Source: Octopus vulgaris
Taxonomy: Eukaryota
Direction of reading: 5' to 3'
Assembly (NCBI GenBank): GCA_951406725.2
Contig: OX597832.1
Coordinates: forward strand, 4,340,001-4,404,000
DNA: 64,000 nucleotides
Shown here: positions 36,901-50,136 of the stretch, piece by piece
How the letters are laid out: each line of letters begins with the position of its first letter
Position numbering within the stretch: position 1 is the first letter of the stretch
Program-made: the position numbers and the translations under genes
The notes under the pieces: model-generated
Database searches by the model: none
The model's input: the letters and a program-made list of their open reading frames with translations, nothing else
What the model was told of the DNA's origin: nothing

Positions 36901-39900
36901 AAAAAGCAGAAAGGAAGCAACAGAAAGTAACAACCACACTCTTACCTGCGCATAGAGCGGGTCACCTTAAGCTAGTTTCCAATATGCTGGAAAATTGTCT
37001 GGCCATGAGGAAATATTTCCTTGCTGGGAAGCAGGTGAGTGTTGGTGACAGCAAGGGCATCTGATTGTAGATAATCTGCCCTCAGTAAACTCCCTCCAAC
37101 CCATGCAAGTAGGAAAAACTGGACATTACAATGTAGGTGTATTATCTTTTCTGTCTATCAATGAAGAAGAAAATGATGCTTTGTAAATAATGTCCTTTAA
37201 GATATTTGTTCTGCATTAAGTTACAAACTTCCTTTGTCACTGTCACCATTAGAAAAGTAATGAGTCATTGATTTATTGGAAAATTCTAACCAAGACAATT
37301 GTTTACAAATTGCAATATATAAAGAAATAGAATATTTATGTCTTTGTGATATATAATGTTTCAGTCTTGTCTAGGGTTACATCATACAACACAGCTTGTA
37401 CAGTTTTTGTCCACGTTGTTAACTCTATACCTCTGTGCAGGTATAAACTCCTTAAAGTTCTTCATTCATGTGTTGTCGTCCAAATATATACAATTTCTCT
37501 GAACTGGGATCTTGAAAACACCTTGAATTGGAGTATAATGATATTGTGTTGGAGTTGTTGAATGAATCTTAGTCACTATAATTATAGAGAAGACATGCAA
37601 ATCATATTCCTACTTGTGATGAACAATGCACTATTAAATCATATCATCAGTCCCTTTTATTGTTTTACTGGTTTTCACCTATGTACTTTGATTATGCAGG
37701 AGCACCACTTTCAAGGGTTTTAGTCTGCTTCACCTGGTACTCATTTTATCAACCTTAGAAGAGTACAAAAGACAAAGTCAATTGAGTTAAAGAGAAAGCA
37801 ACTGAGACAGAATTTTCAAGCTGAAACTTCTAGAAGTTTTGATTTATCTTGTAGCATTGTATGGATGAAGGATAGGCTCTAAAGCCAGCAGACACTAAGT
37901 GACTTAGTGTTTGAGATGATATGCTACAAGGGAGTGCTGCAGATTAGTTGAATGGATGGCCAGATCCTAGAAGAAATGGGATGAGAAGAAAAAACTTGTA
38001 GCAACAGTCAGACAGTAAAAATTACTATATTTGACCACATTGCTATATTTGACCACATTATCAAGGCTCAGAACCTCTGGGCACATATTCTCAGGGGCTG
38101 AATGGATGAAAAAACAGGCTTATGAGTAACAAAGACGTAAATGAAACAATTACATCAAGATGACTGGGAGGACCCTAGTGAAGTGTACAGGTGAAGCACA
38201 TGACTGCAATGTGTAGCAAGGAGTGGTGATGGTTGAAAGTACCTGACCCTTAGCCATTGAAATATGCATACTCATCATCATTCTCATTTAGCACAATTCT
38301 TTTTTTGCACTAAGTGTTAGCCATGTACATATAATCACATATTCTATAAATAATTCCCCATCTACCAAATTTAATTGACCATACATCAACTGTAAGGAAT
38401 GGTACAAGACAGTTCCCCCACATGATTACACATAATAGGATTCAGTTTGAGACCACATGGTCATGTAGCAAACATAACCACACAGCTATATCTGTGCTCT
38501 CAATCATTATCAGTCTGCTGATGGTAGACAAGTTATCCACTTTTGATTGGCACTGGCTTTTAAGACAGTTGTCACAGTGGCAGTTGTAGTAAAAATAGGG
38601 CTGCTACTCTCACCACCTTATTTATTTATCTATTTTTTCTCCTGAATTGAAGAGTTTTATTTCTATTCATCCCCATCTGAAATATTTCTGCTCCTTGAAT
38701 CCAAAGCCAACATCTGTTTTTGTCATTCCTTCTATATCAACACTGTTGATGGATATATGTTGAAACATATCCTCCCCTATTCTTTCTGTGATCTAGCTTA
38801 TTAACTCAACTTTCTTCTCCCTTACTCTGCCATTAAACTCTTTGACCCTGTAAGATCATTACCTAGTGAATGCAATCCACTTTCAAGCTGTTTTGTAACT
38901 TGCTAGAAATAACAACCAAATTTCCTTCAAATTAAACCTTATTGTTTTTAAAATGAAGGACACATTAAAATGTATTATAAAAGACTAGATGGTTGTGATT
39001 AAATAAAGTCATGCTGGGGTACCATCTTCAAGTGTTTTAGTCAGATATGTCAACCACAATTTGATAGATTCGGTAGATGGAATCTGTGAAGAAGAATATT
39101 TTGTGGGCGTGTGTTTTGTGCATGTGTGTGTGTGTGTGTGTGTTATCTTTTTGCCATGTATATTGGCAGTTTCATCAGAGCCAGCCTAGGGATAAACAAC
39201 AACTACACAACATCCTCAGCCTCTCGAACTATCTGTTGACTTCTCATCAACTTAACTGATTAGAGGTCTATTAATCCAATTATTTTTGGTAGCAAATCTA
39301 CTTTACCTCTGACCTTTTCAAAACTGAAGCATATGACTGAAATCATCACCTTTCCTTCCAATTCCACACATAAACAGAAAAATTCTATCCCAAACTGCTC
39401 TTTGTGATCTTATTTGGTGACATGCACACAATCCCCAAATGAAAATTCTTCCCCAACCTCTTCAGTACTAGACAATATTTCAATCTGAGGGGCAAGATCC
39501 CTATTAACACCCTCAAACAATGATTCTCTGATCTAACTCTTTTCTCTACTGATTTCTTTAATTATTCTTCATAGTTTTTTGAGCATTCCAACCATGCTCA
39601 TTCTATATATTCATCCTTTTAAGATAATAGGGTATAGTTTGAAGGAGATTTGACTGCTGTTTGTCATAGGCTGCTTCATTTTAAAGCATTATTAAAGTTT
39701 GTACCATCTTGTATATGTCTACTATGTTATGACAACCAGGCTTCCAATTGGTTCGATCTACTGAACAGCCTGCTCATGAAATTCACCTGCAAGTGGCTGA
39801 GCATTCCACAGTCACGCTGAATCTCATGGAGATTCAGCAGGACACAGAATGTGACAAGGCTGGCCCTTTGAAATACAGGAAAAACTCATTTTTGTCAGCT

Positions 39901-42900
39901 GAGTGGACTGGGCCTACTATGTTAAAGCCAATATGAAAGAACAAAAGCTGTTTTTGTTAAAATTAAGGTTGAGATTGACAGTTGTCTGGAATTACTTGAA
40001 TCTCATCCACAATTTCAAACTCTTCTGTCATTGAAGAGTGTTTGTGGGAATATGAAATTTGTGGCCTTGTTATCCTGTTCTGTTCAATTTGATTCAGTGA
40101 TTGATAACTTTCAAATTGTTTAAACTGCTGCCACGATAAAAAAAATCTTCAATTATAATCTTGTAATCTCTTATTATAAAAGGCAGATTTTATCTGCCTC
40201 CCTTTGTAACTTATAGAAATCTACAATATAGGATTTCTTCAATTACAATTTACCTAGCATTTTTAAGAGTAGAATGCATCGGGTTTTGCCAGGTCCAGTT
40301 TTTAAAATTTAAACTCCAATTAAGCAAAATTTACAGAAAACTCACATTCTGGTGTGTATGTCAAATGCTTTTCTTAGTCTGGTTTACAGCACACGCAAAC
40401 GCACACACACAGTGTGCAACGAATAAAGTGAAACTAGATGTAATATTTGTTTCTGTCTATCACGCTGATAGATACATGAGTAAAATGTATGGCAAGCTAA
40501 CAGATAAGAGTGAGTGAAAATGTTCTTGGAAGAGAGTAAATAGCGACAGTGATTTGAGGAAGACTAAACTGAAAGTATGAAACAGTGTTTATGTATAAAC
40601 AGACGACACTTATATAAACCCTTTCGTTACCAAACCGCCCGAATTTACCTATTCGTATTTAAATGAGAATATCAGAGTAAATCTCTTTAGTACATTCGTG
40701 AAAACACGTATTATACTTCGTAAACACTTCAAATACAGTTTTGTACAAAAGTCGAAGTGTAATTTTAATTCCGTGAATTATGGGAGATTTTTTTCCGAAA
40801 TTTGTTCCTATTGTGTTTTCAAAATTTGTAATTCTGACAAAAAATGGATACGAATTTCATTATATCAAGCAGCGAGTCAGAATTCGAAGGATTTTCTACT
40901 GAAGACCTTCATAAATCTGACTCTATGACTGAAAAAAAAAAGCATCTTTATATAAGAGTGAAGTTGTGTGTCTGTCTCCTACGATTTAGATTCGTAACTA
41001 CTCCCACATTTTGCGGTGCAGTTTAACCAAAAGCTGGTATCTTATAGTCGTGATTCATATCGAGCCCTTCTGGGTATTAGCGCGCGTCTACGATGAGTCT
41101 ACGATTTAAAAAAATTTACCATCATATTTTTCCATTTTAATGCATTTTTTCGCTTTTATATAAGGGAAGTAACTCTCTAAAAATATCTACGATGTGTCAA
41201 CGATTTTTAAAAAAAATTTACCTTAATTTTTTTTCAATTTTTAATGCATTTTTTTGCTATTTTTTGGCTATAACTCTCTAAAAATGCTTATATAGTTATT
41301 TCCCTTACAACCCGAGCAACGCCGGGCGATACTGCTAGTTAATTTATAAGAGACATATGTCATAAGTAGCCATAACTGGCATGATACCAGAAGATGATGT
41401 AAGTAGCAGAATTGTTTTTATAGATAAGTTGTTTTTATAGCAGTCATTTATATTCTTCCATCTCTACATTTTTGGGTTGCTTATTTGTTATTACTTACTC
41501 CTTTTATCATTGTTTTGTATGTGTATAAAATCTGCCCATTATTTTTCATATTGTGAAGGCACATGGCTCAGTGGTTAGAGTGTCAAGCTCACAATTATGA
41601 GGTAGTGAGTTTGATTCCCAGTTCGGGCTGTGTTGTGTTCTTCAGCAAAACACTTTGTCACATTACTCCAGTTCACTCAGCTGTAAAAATGAGTTGTGAT
41701 GTCACTGGTGTCAAGCTGTATCGACCTTTGCATTTCCCTTGGATAACATTGGTGGCATGGAGAGGGGAGGCTGGTCTGTATGGCAAACTGCTGGTCTTCC
41801 ATAAACAACTTTGCACAGACTTGTGCCTCAGAGAGTAACTTTCTAGTTGCCATCCATTGGTCATTCATGACCTAAAGAGGTCTTTATTTCTCAAATCATT
41901 CAAACAACAAAGAGATTAGGGATCTGGTATTCCTGTAAAGACACAGAGGATATCTTATCTTTTGCTTATCATTGTGCTGCAGCCATGCCGAGGTACTACC
42001 TTGAAAGGTGTTATCAAACAAATTGACTCCTGTATATATATATATATTTTTTCTTTAAGTCTGATACTTTTCTGTTGGTCACTTTTGCTGAACTGTTATG
42101 CTACAGGGAAGTAAACAAACCAACATTGGTTGTCCAGTGGTGAATAGAAGCAAACACACATACATATACAACAGACTTCCACAGAGTTTCCATCTACCAA
42201 ATTCACTTATAAGGCATTTTGTCAGCCTGGGACACTTGCCCAAGGTGCTGTGCAGTAGGATTGAATCTGAAACTACATAGTTGCAAAGCAAGCTTCTTAA
42301 CTACACAGCTATACTTGCACATGAAAGATTGAAAATAGTGATATTCTTTTAATGGTTTAAGTTGTAGGGCTGGGTCCATGCTCGAGCACTGCCTTAATCC
42401 AATTCACCAAAAATTTTCGACATGAGTCCCAGTATAAATGATTGTGTTATGACCACCAAACACAATGCTACAAATATATTAGTTTCAAATTTTGGCACAA
42501 GGCCAGAAAGTCTGGGGGATGGGGTAAGTCAATTACATTGATCCCAGTCCTCAGCTGGTACTTATTTTATTCACCCTGAAATGATGAAAGGCAAAGTCAG
42601 CTCCAGTGACATTTAAACTCACAATGTAAACACGGATGAAATGCCATTAAGCCTTTCACCCAGCATAATAATGATTCTGCTATCTCACTGCCTTACTGCT
42701 GCAAATATATTATTACCGTTCATTTCTCAATAAGCTTTTACACACAGTCATCATCCACAAACAATCTAAGCACCATAAACCATATTTGTATTTCTGTTGC
42801 AAAGAACAGAAACCATATGTGCATGTACGTGTCTTTGTGTCTACCCTTGTCTTGACAGTGAAGGCACATGGCTTAGTGGTTAAATGTATTTGACTCGGTC

Positions 42901-45108
42901 GTAAGATCTCGAGTTTGATTCCCATTGATGTGTTGTATCATTGAGCAAGACATTTTATTTTACATTGCTCCAGTTCACTCAGCTGGCAAAAATGGGTAGT
43001 ACCTGTATTTCAAAGGGCCAGCCTTGTCACACACTGTGTCACACTAAATCTTCCTGAGAACTACATTAAAGGTACATGTGTCTGTGGAATTTTCAGTCAC
43101 TTGCATGCTAATTTCATGAGCAGGCTGTTCTGTTGATCTGGTTGACTGGAACACTCGTTGTCATAAGTGAATAAGTGTCTTGACATCATGTGCTGATTGT
43201 AAAAGGGCATCACCATCATACAAGAGATGTTCATTTCAATTTTCCTGTGTGTAAAGTTCAGCCACGGGGAAACTTTTACTTTGCTAGGAAATAGGTGCAG
43301 GTTGGCATCTGGCTGTACAAAATCTGCCTCAGCATATTCCATCTGACTCATGCAAGCATGGAGAAGTAGATGTTAAATGATTATGATGGTATTCACATAC
43401 CCCACCTACCAAGATTAACCTGCAGTAAGTCCAAGCGAAACATCAGCTATACGGTTGGGAACACCCTCAAAGGCTACAGGCAAGGCCCTACTTTCTTTTT
43501 AGACTAAACAATTAGAAAGTGTTGTTTTTATAGAAAATACAAATCAATATTTTAGATTTAAGGCGCAAAGCTGGCAGAATCGTTAGCATACATTGGGCAA
43601 ACTGCTTAATGGCATTTCATTCATTGCTACATTCTGAGTTCAAATTCTACTGAGGTCAACTTTTCCATCCTTTCAGGGTTCATAAAATAAAAGTACCAGC
43701 TGAGCATTGGAGTCAATGTAATTGACTTAACCCCTTCCCACAAATTGCTGGCCTTGTGCCACAATTTGAATTCAATATATCAGATTAGATAAAAATGTGA
43801 GAGCTTTTGTGTAGTCATATAAATTGCTAAATGTAATAACCAAATCTCCCTCAAAGATGATTTTCTGATTAAACCAAGTAAACTATGTATCCATTGGTTT
43901 TTCACATTAGTTAAACCATCAGTTAGTCACAATTCCTAATAAAAGTATCAACTTTTGCAGAGATGGAGTGGAATTTGAAACTCAGCACAGATACCACAAG
44001 GCATCTCTTCCAATACTCTTACAATTCTGCTAATCCACTATCCTGGACTTTGAAAGACTGGAAAGTAAAGTTGACCGTGGCAAGATTTGAACTCAGAGTG
44101 CAGGAAGTCAGAACAAACACCACTAAGCATTCTATTCTGACTCTGCCATTTCACTGTCTTAAAATAACTTCCCCATAATCTTAAAAATAAAGACCACATT
44201 TTGTGTGTGACAGCAATCAGCTATAATATTGTAATACACATTGAATATTTCTGTCACAATGCTTTCCTTCTACTAAAATAAAAGGTTATTTCATATCATT
44301 GTTAAATTACTAAAATGATTGTAGACTATCTGTGTTGTGCTCTATAAAAACTGGAGAGTAGTTATTGCTTTAATGCCTGTTTAACATTAATAAGTTTACA
44401 TTTTATAAAATCTTTTCTATAAAATTATAAGAAGCTTTCATGCACTGATTGTCATAGAGAATGTTTTCACTTCAGCAATATTCAATTTTTGACATTATCA
44501 CCTGACCTCAAATTTAGTTGATTATAGTGATTTATCACATGACTGATACTTTATCTTATCAATCCTTGGAAAGACGGAAGGTAAAGCACTGTCAGTAAGA
44601 TTTGATCTCAGAACGTAAAAGAATGTAACTAAATACCAAGAGGTATTTTGCTCATTACTCTATCAATCTCTCATTCTGCCAACCTTTCAGTAAAGTTGTA
44701 ACTTTAAAAAACATTACATATTACATATAGGCGCAGGCATGGCTGTGTGGTAAGAAGCTTGCTTCTCAACCTTATGATTCTGAGTTCAGTCCCACTGCAT
44801 GACACCTTGGCTGACCAAAGCCTTGTGAGTGGATTTGGTAGATGGAAACTAAAAGAAACTGGTCGTATAAAATTTTCCATAGCAGTGCCCCAGCATGGCC
44901 ACATTCAAATGACTGAAACAAGGAAAAAGTCAAAGATGTATTTTGTGTAAATGGCATATGGCTGTGTGGTGAAGAAGTTCATTTCCTACCAAGTGACTTA
45001 AGGTTCAGTTCCACTGCACAGTTCCCTGAGCTAATGTCTTCTACTATAACCCTAGTCCTTACCAAAGCCTTGTGAGTGGATTTGATAGAACTGAAAAGAA
45101 GCCTGTCA

Positions 45109-45139
<31 letters not shown>

Positions 45140-48100
45140 TAGATAGATAGAGAGAATTTCTGTCACTCATACAAAGGTCACAATGTTCACATACGATTCT
45201 GGTTGGCATTTCTCTTGCCAATCAATTGCCTGCTCACTTTGTGCCTTCAGTGTTGTATGAAATAAGAGATCCCTTAATTGAAAAACAGGTAAGGGTTAGC
45301 ATCAGGAAGGGCATCTACCTATAAAATAAATGTCTTAATAACGGATGCCCTTAACCTATACACTTGCATGATAAAACAAACATAAAACGAACAAGCAAAC
45401 AAATTTTCATCTTACTAAAAATGTTATTATTACTATTCAATATTCTAAAATATTGAGTTTAGTTACTGAATTATTTTAGGTATGTTCAGTTACAGATTTT
45501 CATTTAATGAGATTTTGTTGACAGGCAATTTGTTTTCAATAGCAATTTAATAGTAAGTAGTTTAAAAATATACTTCCTTCACACTGACAGTGTGTTGTAT
45601 TTGTCACTAAATCATTTAGCACTTGCTGGCACAGTACATCCTGATGTATTTAAGTTTCATTTAAAATGCTGTGACAATACTGTTTAATTAAAGCAAGTTT
45701 CAGTGGTTTACAGTTAAAATCAAACCATTTGTAGCTTTTTTTTTCTAAAACTGTTAGAGCTAGTCTCTTTTGAGGGGGATGTTTTGTTTTTTTTTTGTAA
45801 GATTGATTCTTTTTATTATTCATGTGAAAATAAATAGATACTGAAGGATTGATCTGCAAAAGGCCAGCAGTAGATCTACTTACACTATTGTGAGAGAATA
45901 ACTTAATAATCAAGTGGGAAGCAATGAATTTAATAATCAAGTGGGAAGCAATGAATTTAATAATCAAGTGGGAAGCAATGAATTTAATATAATTTCATAT
46001 AATAATCTCCAATTTCAGTCAACCAAAATTTCAACCACAAAGATAAAATTATGGCATTAGTGGTAGTTCTTGTCATAAGGGACAAAGAACATAAAATTTT
46101 AGACTTATATTGACAAAAAATTAAATGGATATTTTCAGTGGTGAGTGAATCTAATCTTTAGTAGTCACAGTGACAACTTTCACTTGTTTCCGTTTATCAG
46201 CCTTTTTAATCATGACTACCAAACCGTTGAAGAAGTTACAGAAGATAGAGATTTTGATTAAAAATTGCTCATTATGCGTTAAGATATTGACATTGGAAAG
46301 TTCCCCCATGGAAACCTTCTGCAAGAAGAACATATAGTTAAGTGTGGATTAACATACGTTATGTAGGAAACCAAGGAGAATTTTTGATAAATTGAAATTA
46401 CATTTGAATTATCCATGCAATGAATGAACAGAAACTCTTAGGGAAAATTGTTTTTAAAATGCAACATACTGGAACTAGTTTTTTAGCCAGCTGGGTATGT
46501 TTCACTTTTATTAGACCTCCTCAGTAAAGACTATTCTTGTCATTTCACGAGACTTAGAACAGAAAGAATATAGTGACACCTGATTATGAATATGAACAAT
46601 ATTGCTAAGGGAAAATACATGGGAGGAACATTATGGATACTAAATAAAAAATATAGTGTAGTTTTACATTTGTAATACAGTGAAATGAAAAATTGTGATT
46701 AACTGAGTGTATCCATGCGAGCTGCAGACAAAATTTTCTCTAGGTATGCTTCAGATGTAAAAACAAGTAAAGGAGATAACTCCAATAAAATTAAAATTTG
46801 AACATAATGAGCATCACAGTATTTTTATACCTTTATTCCTGTAAATATTGATTAGTCTTAGTTTTGTCAGTGAGTAGAATATACTTTGCTGAAAAGATCA
46901 AATAAGATTGAATCAGTCGGCTTTAAAAAGCAGATTTACTTCCTTACTTTGTTTTCTGTTAAAAAAAAATCTGCATTCAATTTCAAGGCTACCAAAAACC
47001 AAATTACTCTCCTACTTAGTGTAATGCTTAGGAGATCTAAAGTTGAAGACACTGGTTTTTTATCATTCTACAACACCATAACTCTGTAAGGGGACTTTAA
47101 TTCACATGTTCCTGTTATTCGAAAATTAAATATAGAAATAAAAAGTGAGTGGGTGACCAGAACAGTGTTCTGAGGCTGGTTTACTTTGGTGCTTTTGCCC
47201 AGCTGTCAAAGGATATTGTCAGGCTAAGAGCCTTGAAAATAAAGCTTTGCTTCTTGCAAACAGTGCTCCAGGTTACCCATCTAATTTGAATGACCTGAGA
47301 GATAATGTTTAACTCATTTTTCTGCCTCCAAACACAGCCAACTTAATTCTACATACAGACCAAGGGGCTACTTCTACATTGTGCCTACTATTTACAGTAC
47401 ACCTTCAAGCAATTGATTAAATTCTTTGATGGGGAAATTAAACCAACAGTAAAGGGACATTAGCATGGTTATCATATCATGAATGCTATTGAACATCTGA
47501 CTATGGCCGAGCAACAAGTGAAAGCAACCATAATGATTTTTGTCTGAGAGTTAAGATCCATCTTTACTGCATTGCAGACTTTCTGGTTTATGAAGAACCA
47601 ATACAAAATGTTAATCAGGAAATCATCTCAACAGATGGCAGACCAGGTTTAATTTAATGAAATAAACCAAGATGTAGTGGAGTTACTTAAATCTCATAGT
47701 GAAGAAATATCTAATAAGGACCTCATAAAGATTGAGTAACACCATACTGAAGATGATTGAAAGAGGATGCAGAACCTCACAAATTTTAATGATTAAAAAT
47801 TTGTGTTTAATGTTTTCCAATACTTAAATAAAGCTATGACCATCCCCCCCCCCAAAAAAATAATAATAATTAATAAATAAATAAAAGACTCCCAAAGAGA
47901 GTTTAAAAGCAAGTTAATAATGTGTGGATACTTTATGGATTTACCCAAATCTGTGAAAAATAGTGCATGACCACAAATTTGAGACTTATTACTCCAAGTA
48001 AATAATAATTGTATTGGTTTTTATTATTTAATAATTTCTTCAATATTTATAACTGGAAATATGATGAATCTTTTTTCAGAAGTTTGCTGATGTTTTTGTT

Positions 48101-49785
48101 GACTATGAAAATACTGTAAAAGTATATCAGAAGGATGTAGTTCTTGTTTTTATCATTGAGCCGCTGGTAAACTTAGTTTCACTTTACTTCATTTCATTTA
48201 AAATCCCACATAAATGATGTCAAAGGAGGACTGACTGTGCAGAGCATTTTTTTTTTTTCTGCTGAATTTCAATTCCTGATATTTAAGTCAGTTCTATACT
48301 CAGTATGCCTTATCAGAATAGCTACCTTGACTCACTTGATCCACACGGCAGTTTAATGCATTTAACCACCATATTTACCTGTAGAAAATGATGTCTATCA
48401 GCTCTTTGTACATATTGATCTTCTGTTAACCTTGACTGCATATTCAACAATATTAATTGATCATGTAAATAATTAATTCTGTCCTATTCAGTTCACATAC
48501 TCTGAAAAATCTTTATGAATTGCATAGTTACCCTTGCTAAGAAGTCAAAATGACCACAACTGTGGCCTGCAGACTAAAAATTAAAGATTGTAATGAAAAG
48601 TAAAAAAGAAAGATACTATTGATTTTGCAATGATAATATTTCATGTTGAATCAACACTCATTCCTTCATTATTGTAATAATAGCATGAGAAAGCAAAATG
48701 CTTTCAATTCTGTCAGTATACAAGTGACCCTCAAAAACTTTTTGTGATTAAAGTGGCCCACAATGTAACTCGAGTTGGCCAGGCCTTTGCAAGGTTTCGT
48801 TATATTTCTGGGAATAATGATTTATTCTAAACGACCCAGATCAGCAAGATCTTTAAGTATGAATATAAAATTTTTTTGAAAATTTAATAAATTGCTCTCT
48901 CATCTAAGGAAAAATTCATTTTAAATTTACTTCAAACCACTAATCCAGATTATAGAACTAACCCCCTGTTGTTTGATTAAAGAACTTCCTTCTATAAATG
49001 TAACTCAAACTCTGACATCATTCACTGATATGCTCCCTTCTGTATTTCTTCACTCCATAATTCCTCATATATAAAATCTTGATAATGAACACTTTCTCTC
49101 CTCTCAATAATAAAAAAAATCACTTGAGTTTTCCTAACTCATCTGCCAGCTTCCAGATCTGTCTACAAACTTCACATGTTGTAGTTACACTTCAAACCAT
49201 TTTACACATCATTTCCTTCTTTTTACCATGGATATAATAATTCACTTCACTATTATGGTTTCTTAGCTCTAAAATATTTCTTTAACTGCTGTCATGATAC
49301 TTTTCTTTATTTGATAAACTCATCCTCATTTTAAACTGCTTCATTGGTGAATTCTACCATCAGATTAACAGATTCCATATTCAATATTAACTTCAACGGC
49401 ATTTCTGTCAACTTCACCAGTAGCATTGCACATATGAGCCTAAGAGTGAGTGTCTATGTAGACATTTAACCTGCTAGAATTAGTTGCCAGTTCTCTCTCA
49501 AAAATCAATGTCATCTTAAAGGAAGGTTATTTTGGAAAATGTCAAGAAGATTGAAAATATAAACTGCATAGTTACGTCAATATATGTTATTCATTATTAA
49601 CAGTATCAATTGTAAATAACTTTTTTAATTATCAAATGAAATTCGATATCATTACAGCTATTTGTAACTATAGCCAACAATCAATGGATTGATTCTGAAG
49701 TATATGTCATTTTCTAAACATAACAATTTTAATATATTTTTTAACCATATAATACAAATCTTCTGGAGTTTTTTCATTCTATTTT

Positions 49786-49835
<50 letters not shown>

Positions 49836-50105
49836 GGAGTGTTTTGGAAATTCCTTGATACAGTTATAATATCTGGAGAGAAGATTTTTTTTTCAAAGGT
49901 TTAAGATTGAGAAAAAACCCTTTTTAGAAAGGCACTATGTGTGTGTGTGTTCATGTGTATGTATATATATATATATATGTGTGTGTACATGTATGTATAT
50001 GTGTACATTCATATATATATATATATGTGTACATGTATGTATATATATGTGTACATGTATGTATATATACATGTACATGTATGAATATATACATGTGCAT
50101 GCACG

Positions 50106-50136
<31 letters not shown>

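Noticed and set aside
41557-41630. tRNA-like sequences at SINE heads (also 28932, 42860, 44729, 52552)
   Set aside because: A/B boxes are present but there is no full cloverleaf, and they continue into SINE bodies, so they are not tRNA genes.
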